DNA from: Bacilli bacterium
GTDB lineage: Bacteria > Bacillota_I > Bacilli_A > RF39 > UBA660
Reading direction: 5' to 3'
NCBI GenBank assembly: GCA_900768345.1
Contig: CAAGCO010000009.1
Span: 11,080-75,079, forward strand
Length of the DNA stretch: 64,000 bases
Both the position numbers and the translations under genes were made by a program. Below are positions 19,211-28,730 of the stretch, piece after piece. The notes below the pieces were generated by a model that had not been told where the DNA came from, ran no database searches, and saw nothing but the letters and a program-made list of their open reading frames with translations. Numbering within the stretch: the first letter of the stretch is position 1; each line of letters opens with the position of its first letter.

Positions 19211-20956
19211 ATGAATATTAAAGATTTGTACATTGATTTTTTTGTTAGTAAAGGACACAAACAAATACCAAGTGCGCCAGTAGTACCTGAAAATGATCCA
19301 AGCGTATTATTTAATACAGCTGGTATGCAACCACTAATACCATATTTAATGGGACAAACTCATCCATATGGTACTAGACTTTGTGATTATCAAAAATGTA
19401 TTAGAACAAATGATTTAGATAATATAGGAGACACTTATCACCATACATTCTTTGAAATGTTAGGTAATTGGTCACTAGGAGACTATTTTAAAGATGAAGC
19501 AATAGAATGGAGCTTTGAATTTTTAACAAAGGTATTAAATATACCAGTTGAAAGACTTGCTGTAACTGTATATGCAGGAAGTGATAACATACCATTTGAT
19601 GAAGTTTCATATAACAAATGGTTAAGTTTAGGAATTAAGAAAGAAAGAATTGCTAAAACAGTAGATGATAATTTCTGGATAGCAGGAGAATCAGGACCTT
19701 GTGGACCAGATTCAGAAATGTTCTTTTGGAGAAGTAATGATCCTATTCCTGAAGTATTTGATACAGAAGATGAAAGATGGGTTGAAATCTGGAACGATGT
19801 ATTTATGCAATACAATAAAAGTACTAATGGAACTATAACAGAACTACCTAAAAAGAATGTTGATACAGGTATGGGAGTAGAAAGAGTAACAGCAATCCTA
19901 GAAGGTGTTAATGATAACTATGAATCAAGCATCTGGAAAGATGTTATAGAATTAATTAGTAAGATTAGTAATTTACCATACAAAGGTAATGAACAAAGTA
20001 TGAGAATAATAGCTGATCACTTAAGAACAAGTGTATTTATTAGTGCTGACTATGCTGGAGTAAAACCAAGTAATGTAGGTCAAGGATACATCTTAAGAAG
20101 ATTAATTAGACGTGCTATTAGACATGCTAAAAAACTAGGAATAGATGTTTCAAGTAATTGGGAACAAGAAATTGCTAAACTTATTATTTCTAAATATGAA
20201 AAATATTATAGTGAATTAACTGATAATGAAAATACTGTATTAGAAGTATTAAAGAACGAAAAAGAAAAATTCAATAGAACTTTAGAAAAAGGATTAAGAG
20301 AATTTGAAAAAGTTACTAGAGATAACAAAGATATAGATGCAACTACTGCATTTAGATTATATGATACTTATGGATTCCCAATTGAATTAACAGTTGAACT
20401 TGCTAAAGAAAGAAATTTAAATGTTGATGAAGAAGGATTTAAAGAAAAATTCAAAGCTCATCAAGAACTATCAAGAACTGCATCTGCTGGTCAATTCAAG
20501 GGTGGACTTAGTGGTAACAATGAAATAGAAACTAAATATCATACAGCAACACATTTATTAAATGCAGCATTAAAAGTAGTTGTTAATAAAGATGTTCATC
20601 AAAAGGGTAGTAATATCACTGATGAAAGAATGAGATTTGACTTTAGTTGTGACCATAAACTAAGTGCTGAAGAAAAACAAAAAACTGAAGATTTAGTTAA
20701 TGAATGGATTAAAGAATGTCTTCCAGTAACTGTAGAAGAAATGAGTAAAGAAGATGCTATTAAATCAGGAGCAGAATGTATGTTCATTGAAAAATATCCT
20801 GATATCGTTACAGTTTATACTATCGGAGATAATATTTCTAAAGAACTTTGTGGTGGCCCACACGTTAAAAATACTAAGGAACTTGGACACTTCAAAATAG
20901 TAAAAGAAGAAGCATCATCTGCAGGAGTAAGAAGAATAAAAGCAATATTAGAATAA
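19211..20956 (+). CDS. alaS: Alanine--tRNA ligase, short form lacking the C-Ala domain
   Basis: Start at the ATG after GGGAGG. Catalytic motifs FNTAGMQP and HHTFFEMLGNWS. Editing-domain motifs HTATHLL and CGGPHV. Ends right after GVRRIKAILE at 581 aa. Confidence 0.8.
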   Translation: MNIKDLYIDFFVSKGHKQIPSAPVVPENDPSVLFNTAGMQPLIPYLMGQTHPYGTRLCDYQKCIRTNDLDNIGDTYHHTFFEMLGNWSLGDYFKDEAIEWSFEFLTKVLNIPVERLAVTVYAGSDNIPFDEVSYNKWLSLGIKKERIAKTVDDNFWIAGESGPCGPDSEMFFWRSNDPIPEVFDTEDERWVEIWNDVFMQYNKSTNGTITELPKKNVDTGMGVERVTAILEGVNDNYESSIWKDVIELISKISNLPYKGNEQSMRIIADHLRTSVFISADYAGVKPSNVGQGYILRRLIRRAIRHAKKLGIDVSSNWEQEIAKLIISKYEKYYSELTDNENTVLEVLKNEKEKFNRTLEKGLREFEKVTRDNKDIDATTAFRLYDTYGFPIELTVELAKERNLNVDEEGFKEKFKAHQELSRTASAGQFKGGLSGNNEIETKYHTATHLLNAALKVVVNKDVHQKGSNITDERMRFDFSCDHKLSAEEKQKTEDLVNEWIKECLPVTVEEMSKEDAIKSGAECMFIEKYPDIVTVYTIGDNISKELCGGPHVKNTKELGHFKIVKEEASSAGVRRIKAILE

Positions 20957-20980
20957 GTACTTAGGTACTTTTTCTTTTTT
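20955..20980 (+). terminator. Rho-independent terminator
   Basis: aagtac-ttag-gtactt hairpin followed by a T-run. Confidence 0.7.
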
Positions 20981-21015
20981 ATAAAAATTGTTATAATACA
21001 ACCAAGGAGCAATAG

Positions 21016-22056
21016 ATGATTAAAGATTTATGTTTTGAAATAATTCAAAAATGTCCTAACGAATGTATATTTTGTTCATCACTAGCAAGTATAAATAAAG
21101 TAACAATTATAAAATTTGATACATTTAAAAAAACTTTGGATTATATATTATCAAAAAGTGGAGTGGAAGAATTATCATTTTCAGGTGGAGAACCATTTTT
21201 AAATCCTGATTTATTCAAAATGATAGAATACACAAAAAGCAAAGGCATTAGAGTTGTTTTATTTACTAGCGGAGTCAAATGTGCGCATAAATTAACTGAA
21301 GAAGAATTAAAATTAATGATGGAAAGCGATATAAAAAGATTTGATCCAAGTGAAGAAGATAAAGAAAATATTAAAAGAAAATTACAAAAAATATATAAAA
21401 TGGTATACAAAAGAGAATATACAAGTATATCAAAGAGCGAATTAGAAGCATTGAAAAACTTAGGTTTAGATAAAATAGTATTTGATTATCAAGGCTCAAA
21501 TAGAGAAGAATATAATTTATTGATGGGTAAAGATAATTTTTGTGAAGTATCAACATCAATAATAAGGGCTTGCGAAGTAGGTATAGAAACAGATATACAC
21601 TTTGTACCCATGAAATGTAACTATAAATCTTTACTCGATATAGTGGAATTATTAAATATAGCAGGGGTTAAAAACCTAAGTTTATTAAACTTTGTACCTC
21701 AAGGAAGAGGAAAAGTTAATGAATCTAAACTTAAGATGAGCAAAGAAGAGTATGAAGAATTTAGAAAGATAGTTAAGGAAGCAAATGAAAGATTCAATGG
21801 TAAAATTAGAATAGGAATACCTCTTGATAGCAGCAATTCTCATAAATGTACAGCAGGTTTAAGCAAACTAGTTATTAAATATGATGGAACTATACTGCCA
21901 TGCCCAGCCTTCAAAGAGTATGATAGTGAAATACTAAGAAAAAATGGGTTTAGAGTATTAAATATTTATGAAAATTTAGAAGAACTTGAAATTCATGAGG
22001 GAACGAGAAACTATCCTTTATGTAAAAAACTATATAATTTTATTGGCAATATATAA
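21016..22056 (+). CDS. Radical SAM protein with C-terminal Cys-containing (SPASM/twitch-like) extension
   Basis: CPNECIFC (CxxxCxxC) near the N-terminus, GGEPFL, and C-terminal HKCTAG...LPCPAF. Confidence 0.75.
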   Translation: MIKDLCFEIIQKCPNECIFCSSLASINKVTIIKFDTFKKTLDYILSKSGVEELSFSGGEPFLNPDLFKMIEYTKSKGIRVVLFTSGVKCAHKLTEEELKLMMESDIKRFDPSEEDKENIKRKLQKIYKMVYKREYTSISKSELEALKNLGLDKIVFDYQGSNREEYNLLMGKDNFCEVSTSIIRACEVGIETDIHFVPMKCNYKSLLDIVELLNIAGVKNLSLLNFVPQGRGKVNESKLKMSKEEYEEFRKIVKEANERFNGKIRIGIPLDSSNSHKCTAGLSKLVIKYDGTILPCPAFKEYDSEILRKNGFRVLNIYENLEELEIHEGTRNYPLCKKLYNFIGNI

Positions 22057-22095
22057 AAATAATGATACAATTTTTTTTAAGAATAGGGAGAATTT

Positions 22096-22557
22096 ATGAA
22101 AAAGAAAATATTTTTAGTAATTGTACTGATGACTTCACTTTTGTTACTAACAGGTTGTGGTAAGAAAGCACTAACTATAGAAGGATTCACATCATCATTT
22201 GATACTAACAAATATACAGTTGGTGAATATCAAAATGGTCAAATAGACACAATTATAGATGGCTTAGAAAGAGGAGCATATGTAACAAATGGAGCATATA
22301 CTATAGACTTCTATATTCTAGAAAATACCACTAAAGCAGAAGAGTTATTTAAAGATGAAAAAGAAACATACAAGGCGAATAAGGATGGAAAAACATTAGA
22401 AAACTCAATAAAGTCAGGTAACTTCGAAACATATGAACTAACTACTAATCTTATGTATATGTATACTTGTAGAGTAGATAACACACTTTTATATGTCAGT
22501 GCTAACGTAGAAGATAAAGATGAAATAAAAGAATTAGTTAAAAATCTTGGATACTAA
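22096..22557 (+). CDS. Putative lipoprotein
   Basis: Signal peptide with lipobox LLTGC. No recognisable domain. Confidence 0.6.
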   Translation: MKKKIFLVIVLMTSLLLLTGCGKKALTIEGFTSSFDTNKYTVGEYQNGQIDTIIDGLERGAYVTNGAYTIDFYILENTTKAEELFKDEKETYKANKDGKTLENSIKSGNFETYELTTNLMYMYTCRVDNTLLYVSANVEDKDEIKELVKNLGY

Positions 22558-22561
22558 AAAT

Positions 22562-22589
22562 AACCATATTCATAAGAATATGGTTTTAA
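22562..22589 (+). terminator. Hairpin, probable terminator
   Basis: aaccatattc-ataa-gaatatggtt with a weak T tail. Confidence 0.5.
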
Positions 22590-22624
22590 TATGAAAATAT
22601 GTTATAATTTAAGAGGTGAAGAAA

Positions 22625-23644
22625 ATGAATATATATGATTTTACTTTAGAAGAACTTGAAACCTTTTTGGTAGAAAATGGTTTTAAAAAATATAATGCTA
22701 CTCAAGTTTTTGAAGGAATATATAAAAAAAGAGTTACTTCTTTTGATGAGATAACTAATATAAGTAAAGATTTAAAGACTTTTTTAAATAATAATTTTGA
22801 AATAAAATATTTAAAAGTATTAGATGAATTAAAAAGTGAAGATACTAACAAATATCTACTTGAAGTAAAAGATTCTAGTATTGAAGTAGTCTTAATGAAA
22901 CACAATTATGGAAATAGTATATGTATAAGTACACAAATTGGATGTAATATGGGTTGTGCTTTTTGTGAAAGTGGTAAACTAAAGAAATTTAGAAATTTAA
23001 CTACAGCTGAGATTATATTAGAAGTTTTAACTATAGAAAAACTAGAAAATATTAAAGTAGATAATATAGTTGTAATGGGAATAGGCGAACCATTTGATAA
23101 TTTTACAAATCTAGTAAAAGCTATTAAGATATTAAATTGTCCAAAAGGAATAGATTTAGGTTCTAGAAGAATCACAGTAAGTACTTGTGGAATAGTACCA
23201 AAAATAAAAGAATTTGCAGACTTAGATACACAAGTAAATTTAGCAATAAGTCTTCATGCACCAAATCAAGCAATACGAGAAACATTAATGCCTATTAGTA
23301 AAGCATACAAAATGGATGAATTAATGTCTGCAGTAGACTACTATATTTCTAAGACTAATAGAAAAGTAACTATGGAATATATTTTATTAGAAGGAATTAA
23401 TGATAGCATAGAAAATGCTAAAGAATTAGCTAATCTCTTAAAAGGTAAACTTGTTTATGTAAATCTAATACCATATAACAGTACAAGTAGTAATTTTAAG
23501 AGAAGTTCTAAAGATAGAATAAATGCATTCTATGATGAACTAGTAAAACATAAAATTAATGTTCAAATGAGAAGAGAAATGGGAAAAGGTATTAAAGGAG
23601 CTTGTGGTCAATTAAAAGCAAGCCATGAAAGCAATAATATATAA
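22625..23644 (+). CDS. rlmN: 23S rRNA/tRNA adenine-C2 methyltransferase (RlmN/Cfr family)
   Basis: GCNMGCAFCESG radical SAM motif and C-terminal GACGQL. It has the same position upstream of prpC-prkC as B. subtilis yloN. The ATG at 22625 follows AGAGGTGA. Confidence 0.85.
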   Translation: MNIYDFTLEELETFLVENGFKKYNATQVFEGIYKKRVTSFDEITNISKDLKTFLNNNFEIKYLKVLDELKSEDTNKYLLEVKDSSIEVVLMKHNYGNSICISTQIGCNMGCAFCESGKLKKFRNLTTAEIILEVLTIEKLENIKVDNIVVMGIGEPFDNFTNLVKAIKILNCPKGIDLGSRRITVSTCGIVPKIKEFADLDTQVNLAISLHAPNQAIRETLMPISKAYKMDELMSAVDYYISKTNRKVTMEYILLEGINDSIENAKELANLLKGKLVYVNLIPYNSTSSNFKRSSKDRINAFYDELVKHKINVQMRREMGKGIKGACGQLKASHESNNI

Positions 23645-23659
23645 GAGAGGAATTATAAA

Positions 23660-23851
23660 GTGTTTAAAGAAACTAAAAAAATTAGTGTTGATTCAAATCA
23701 AATAAAAAATCAAATAGAACTGGCAAGAATAGCTAGAAATAGTAAAATTGATAGATCAGAAACATGCTTTGCTGGAAGCAGTAGACAAACAGTCGAAGAA
23801 TATTTAAAAGGTAAAGAAAGAGCAAAAGTACTTTCAAAAAAATGGTTTTAA
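23660..23851 (+). CDS. Small hypothetical ORF (63 codons, GTG start)
   Basis: GAGAGGAA lies upstream and there is an HTH-like stretch, SSRQTVEEYLKG. It sits between rlmN and its vestigial 3' copy and may not be expressed. Confidence 0.25.
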   Translation: MFKETKKISVDSNQIKNQIELARIARNSKIDRSETCFAGSSRQTVEEYLKGKERAKVLSKKWF

Positions 23852-23892
23852 AGTAAACTGATTTTACAGAGAGATAAAGTAATATCTTTAAA

Positions 23893-24021
23893 ATGAAAAT
23901 ATTTTATGATATACTTAAATCAAATAATGTAAATGTAACAATAAGGAAGGAAATGGGCGGTAATTTATCAGCTGCCTGTGGCCAATTAAGAGCTAACGAA
24001 ATGGAACGTGAAAGTAAATAA
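23893..24021 (+). pseudogene. Vestigial 3' end of an RlmN/Cfr-family gene
   Basis: In-frame FYDILKSNNVNVTIRKEMGGNLSAACGQLRANEMERESK* aligns with the last 38 aa of the intact rlmN (FYDELVKHKINVQMRREMGKGIKGACGQLKASHESNNI*). Confidence 0.6.
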
Positions 24022-24048
24022 TTTACATTAATAAAAAGAAGGTGAAAT

Positions 24049-24786
24049 ATGAAGACTTGTTATCAAACTGACCCAGGAAAAGTTAGAAGTCATAATGAAG
24101 ACTCAGTAACAATTATTAAAAATATGAGTGATGAGTACTTATTAGTAGTAGCTGATGGAATGGGTGGACATAAAGCTGGAGAAGTTGCTAGTTCTTTAGT
24201 AGTAACTGAACTTGGTAAAAGATTTGCTGAACTATCAAGTATAGGTACTAAAGAAGAAGCAGTAATCTGGTTAAAAGAAATAATAGATGAAGTAAATATT
24301 AAAATATTAAAATATTCTGAAGAACATATAGATGCAAGTGGTCTTGGAACAACTTGTGTTTGCTCAATACTAACTAATGATTTCTTACTATTTGGAAACG
24401 TTGGTGATTCAAGCGGTTTCGTATACAAAAAAGACAAACTATACAAAGTTACTAAAGATCACACATTAGTAAATATATTACTAGAAAATGGAGAACTAAC
24501 TGAAAGTGCAGCAAAGAATCATCCACAAAAGAATGTACTTATGAAAGCATTAGGTGCAGCTGAAACTATAGAAATGGATATTTTTGATGTAGAACGTACA
24601 GTAGATGGAATTTTCCTATGTAGTGATGGACTTACTAATATGTTAACGGTAGAACAAATAGAAAAAGTATTAAATGATAATGAATTAGATATAGAAGAGC
24701 AAGTAGATAAATTAATTATGAAAGCTAATACTCGTGGGGGAAACGATAATATTACAATTGCTTATGCAAGAATGAGTGGTGAATAG
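24049..24786 (+). CDS. prpC: PP2C-family Ser/Thr phosphatase
   Basis: VADGMGGH and CSDGLTN motifs, adjacent to prkC. Confidence 0.9.
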   Translation: MKTCYQTDPGKVRSHNEDSVTIIKNMSDEYLLVVADGMGGHKAGEVASSLVVTELGKRFAELSSIGTKEEAVIWLKEIIDEVNIKILKYSEEHIDASGLGTTCVCSILTNDFLLFGNVGDSSGFVYKKDKLYKVTKDHTLVNILLENGELTESAAKNHPQKNVLMKALGAAETIEMDIFDVERTVDGIFLCSDGLTNMLTVEQIEKVLNDNELDIEEQVDKLIMKANTRGGNDNITIAYARMSGE

Positions 24787-24787
24787 T

Positions 24788-26533
24788 GTGATAGTTAAAG
24801 GTTCTAAAATAAACGATAGATATCAAATTATTAAGACACTTGGAGAAGGTGGAATGGCAAATGTATATTTAGCTCATGACACTATCCTTGATAGAAATGT
24901 TGCTGTTAAAGTACTAAGAGGAGACCTTGCAAACGATGAAAAATTCGTTCGTCGATTTCAAAGAGAAGCACTTTCAGCATCAAGTTTAAGTCATCCAAAT
25001 ATTGTAGAAATGTATGATGTTGGAGAAGATGATGGCCAATATTATATAGTAATGGAATATGTAGATGGAATGACTCTAAAACAAGTATTAAAGAAAAGAG
25101 GACATTTATCAGTTACAGAAGTAGTTGATATTATGCTACAAGTAACAGATGGTATGGCACATGCACATGATGCTTATATTATCCATAGAGATATAAAACC
25201 TCAAAATATAATGATACTTTCAAATGGTATGATAAAAATAACTGACTTTGGAGTAGCAACAGCATTAAACTCAACTCAACTTACTCAAACAAACTCAGTT
25301 ATGGGAACAGTACATTATCTACCACCAGAACAAGCTAATGGAAAAGGTTCAACTATAAGAAGTGATATTTATTCAATGGGAATAATGATGTATGAACTTC
25401 TAACTGGACTAGTTCCATATAAAGGAGATAACGCTGTTGAAATAGCTTTAAAACATCTAAAAGAACCACTTCCAAGTGTTAGAAAATTTAATAGTAGCAT
25501 ACCTCAATCAATAGAAAATGTTATTATTAAAGCAACAGCTAAAAATCCAAAGAATAGATATACTGATGCAAGAGCTATGCATGAAGATTTAAAAACTGCA
25601 TTAGATGAATCAAGACAAAATGAAAAAAGATATGTTTATCCATATCCAGAAAATGATTTAGAAGAAACAAAAGTTCTTGATAAAGAATTAGAAACATTAA
25701 AGAAAGATGAACCAGCTAAGAAGAAAAAAGTAAAAGCATCTGAAGACGATGACTTCTTAGATGAAAATAAAAAAGGTAATAAAACATTAATTGTTATTGC
25801 AAGTATATTTACTGCATTAGTATTAACAGTAACAATAGGTATGACTATTTACTTCGAAAAAACAAAGGTTAAAAATGTGGAAATACCAAATGTAGTTAAT
25901 AAAGAGCCAACTGAAGCAGCTAATGAATTAACTGATTTAGGATTCGATGTAGAGCCTGAATATAAATATACACCAAGTGATACAGTAGAAAAAGGAAAAG
26001 TAGTTAAGACTAGTCCTGAAATAGGTTCTAAAAGAAAATCAGGAACAAGAGTAATAATTTATATCTCTTCAGGAGTAGCTGCTTACATTGTAGAAGATTT
26101 TACTGGAAAGAATTATCTAGAAGCTAAAGGTAAAATAGAAGCACAATGTGAATGCAATGTAACAGTTGAAGAAGAAATAGTAAGTGAAGATAAAAAAGTA
26201 ACAGAAGATACAGTTTTAAGAACTGAACCAGCAGCTGGAGAATCAAGTAAACTAGGAAGTCAAATAAAAATATTCATTCCTAAGGTAGAATATAAATATC
26301 CAGATTTCACTAGTGGTTATACACTTGAACAAATAGAAGAATTTGCAAGTAAACATGAATTAAAACTAGAATATAAATATCAAGAAAGTGCAACAGTTAC
26401 AGAAGGAACAATTATTAAACAAAGTAGGGCTGCTAAATCAGTAGTAACACCTGGAGCAACATTAGTAATAACTATCGCAAAAGCACCAGAATCAATTACT
26501 GAAGGAGATCCTAACGACGAAACAGGGGACTAA
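24788..26533 (+). CDS. prkC: Ser/Thr protein kinase with extracellular PASTA repeats
   Basis: GEGGMANVY, HRDIKPQNIM and DFG motifs, one TM helix and repeated PASTA-like modules. The start is ambiguous: GTG at 24776, 24779 or 24788. 24788 is chosen for its spacing from GGTGA. Confidence 0.9.
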   Translation: MIVKGSKINDRYQIIKTLGEGGMANVYLAHDTILDRNVAVKVLRGDLANDEKFVRRFQREALSASSLSHPNIVEMYDVGEDDGQYYIVMEYVDGMTLKQVLKKRGHLSVTEVVDIMLQVTDGMAHAHDAYIIHRDIKPQNIMILSNGMIKITDFGVATALNSTQLTQTNSVMGTVHYLPPEQANGKGSTIRSDIYSMGIMMYELLTGLVPYKGDNAVEIALKHLKEPLPSVRKFNSSIPQSIENVIIKATAKNPKNRYTDARAMHEDLKTALDESRQNEKRYVYPYPENDLEETKVLDKELETLKKDEPAKKKKVKASEDDDFLDENKKGNKTLIVIASIFTALVLTVTIGMTIYFEKTKVKNVEIPNVVNKEPTEAANELTDLGFDVEPEYKYTPSDTVEKGKVVKTSPEIGSKRKSGTRVIIYISSGVAAYIVEDFTGKNYLEAKGKIEAQCECNVTVEEEIVSEDKKVTEDTVLRTEPAAGESSKLGSQIKIFIPKVEYKYPDFTSGYTLEQIEEFASKHELKLEYKYQESATVTEGTIIKQSRAAKSVVTPGATLVITIAKAPESITEGDPNDETGD

Positions 26534-26534
26534 T

Positions 26535-27392
26535 ATGAAAGGTAAAATAATATGTATTAATAAATACATACACAGAGTTTTATTAGAAAATAATACAATA
26601 ATCGATACTAGAACTAGAGGGAAACTACGTAATCAAAAAGTTTCCCCAGTTGTAGGTGATAATGTAATAGTAGATGTAACTAATAAAACAATAGAAAAAG
26701 TTGAACCTAGAAAAAACTATCTGGAAAGACCACTTATAGCAAATATAGATAAACTTCTTATTGTTATGAGTACATCTATTCCAGTTTTTTCTGATTATTT
26801 AATAGATAAATTTTTACTTATAGCTAACTATAATAATATAGAACCAATCATAATAATAACTAAAACAGATATGATTACTATAAAAGAAAAAGCTGAAGTA
26901 CGAAAATATATGAATTATTATAGAAAAATAGGTATAAAAGTATATATTAATACAAGTATAGCCAAAATAAAAAAAGAATTTAAAAATTCAACTGTTGCTT
27001 TATGCGGCCAAACTGGTAGTGGGAAATCCTCTTTATTAAATAGAGTAGATGCTTCGTTAAAATTAAAAACTGGAGAAGTTTCTTTGTCCTTAGGAAGAGG
27101 TAAACACACTACAAGATTAGTAGAACTTCTAGAGGTAAATGATGGGCTTATCGCAGATACTCCTGGATTTAGTTCGCTTGAAATAAACATTCCAGCAAAA
27201 GAAATAAAAAAATACTACAGTGATTTTAGTAAACCATGTAAATATAGAACATGTACTCATGTAAAAGAAGATGGTTGTGAAATAATTAAAATGGTAGAAA
27301 ATGGTAAGATACCAAAATGGAGATACGAAAACTATTTAAAATTCATGGAGGAAACAAAATATGAAAGTAAGCGTTTCAATACTATCAAGTAG
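26535..27392 (+). CDS. rsgA: Ribosome small-subunit-dependent GTPase A
   Basis: OB fold, CGQTGSGKSSLLN, and a C-terminal Cys/His zinc motif. Confidence 0.9.
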   Translation: MKGKIICINKYIHRVLLENNTIIDTRTRGKLRNQKVSPVVGDNVIVDVTNKTIEKVEPRKNYLERPLIANIDKLLIVMSTSIPVFSDYLIDKFLLIANYNNIEPIIIITKTDMITIKEKAEVRKYMNYYRKIGIKVYINTSIAKIKKEFKNSTVALCGQTGSGKSSLLNRVDASLKLKTGEVSLSLGRGKHTTRLVELLEVNDGLIADTPGFSSLEINIPAKEIKKYYSDFSKPCKYRTCTHVKEDGCEIIKMVENGKIPKWRYENYLKFMEETKYESKRFNTIK

Positions 27393-27999
27393 TATAAAAC
27401 CAGCAGATATTGTAAAAATATTAGATAATACAAAAGCTGACTATATACATATTGATATAATGGATGGAAAATTCGTTGAAAATAAAACTTGGACAATAAG
27501 TGAAATTAAAAAGATAACTAGTTATTCAAAGTTACCTTTAGATGTTCACTTAATGGTAGAAAATCCTTCTAAATATATAGAAGACTATGCATTATTAAAT
27601 ACAAGTTACATAGCATTTCATTATGAAGCAGTAAAAGATATTGATAAAATGATTAATGAAATAAAAAACTATGGATTAAAAGTAGGAATTGCTATAAATC
27701 CAGAAACAAGTGAAGAAGTAGTATTTCCATACTTATCTAAAATAGATGAAGTATTAATAATGAGCGTACATCCAGGTAAAAGTGGACAATCATTTATAGA
27801 AAGTACACTAGATAAAATAGAAAGATTAAAAGAAGAAATATTAAGACAAAATGTAAAAACAATTATATCTGTAGATGGTGGAATAAATGATGAAACTGGA
27901 AATTTATGTGTTCAAAAAGGAGTAGATATACTGGTATCGGCTTCTTATATTCATAAAGATATAGTAAACAACATAAATACATTAAAGAAACTAGCATAA
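27361..27999 (+). CDS. rpe: Ribulose-phosphate 3-epimerase
   Basis: DIMDGKFV and IMSVHPG motifs, with synteny after rsgA. Confidence 0.9.
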   Translation: MKVSVSILSSSIKPADIVKILDNTKADYIHIDIMDGKFVENKTWTISEIKKITSYSKLPLDVHLMVENPSKYIEDYALLNTSYIAFHYEAVKDIDKMINEIKNYGLKVGIAINPETSEEVVFPYLSKIDEVLIMSVHPGKSGQSFIESTLDKIERLKEEILRQNVKTIISVDGGINDETGNLCVQKGVDILVSASYIHKDIVNNINTLKKLA

Positions 28000-28013
28000 G
28001 CTAGTTTTTATTT

Positions 28014-28050
28014 ATAAAAAAATCATTCATTACTGAATGATTAATTATTT
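28014..28050. terminator. Bidirectional hairpin between convergent genes
   Basis: An A-run, then aatcattca-ttac-tgaatgatt, then a T-rich tail. Confidence 0.55.
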
Positions 28051-28619
28051 CTAGGACTAGTAAGTTCTAGTCTTCTAGAATTATTTAATATTTGATTTAA
28101 ATTATTAATAACTTCTATATAATGTAATTGCATATCGTCAATTCTTTTAGCTTCAACAAAAGAACTTACACTAATTTGAACATATCTGTTAGCTTCAGCT
28201 TCATCTCCACTTAGTTTAGCTTCAGTACTTTTAATAATAGCCCAATTTCTTCTTTTAACTAATTTTTCTTTTCTTTTTTCGTTAGTAAGAAATTTTTCTT
28301 GTAAAGCCTGAGTTAGATTTCTAACTTCATCATCACTCATATCACTAGAAGCATTTATATAAGTTCTTCTAGTTTGATCTTGTATTCTAGCTACATCATT
28401 TAATTCTCTATATGCTTGTTTTTTTGTATCATTATATGATGCTAAAGTTTCATCTAAAGAATCCATTGTTCTAACTTGACCATTACTATAAGCAATATTT
28501 CTTCTAATAGTACTTCTAACTATTTGTCTTTCCGTATCTACTATTAAGTCTTCAAGTTCATTAATTTTAATTGATGTCATTATATATTTGTCTATTGTTG
28601 GCAGTAAATTCATTTCCAA
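28041..28619 (-). CDS. Hypothetical coiled-coil protein
   Basis: 192 aa, charged and helical, with a GGGGGA-type RBS upstream on the minus strand. No recognised motif. One of only three minus-strand genes. Confidence 0.5.
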   Translation of the reverse strand: MEMNLLPTIDKYIMTSIKINELEDLIVDTERQIVRSTIRRNIAYSNGQVRTMDSLDETLASYNDTKKQAYRELNDVARIQDQTRRTYINASSDMSDDEVRNLTQALQEKFLTNEKRKEKLVKRRNWAIIKSTEAKLSGDEAEANRYVQISVSSFVEAKRIDDMQLHYIEVINNLNQILNNSRRLELTSPRNN

Positions 28620-28730
28620 TATCCCCCTTTTTAAGACGATGCATATTATACCACATTTAAATTAATTTGTCACGTATTTTATTTAAAATAGATATATGTT
28701 ATACTTAACATAATAATAGGAGTTGAAATA

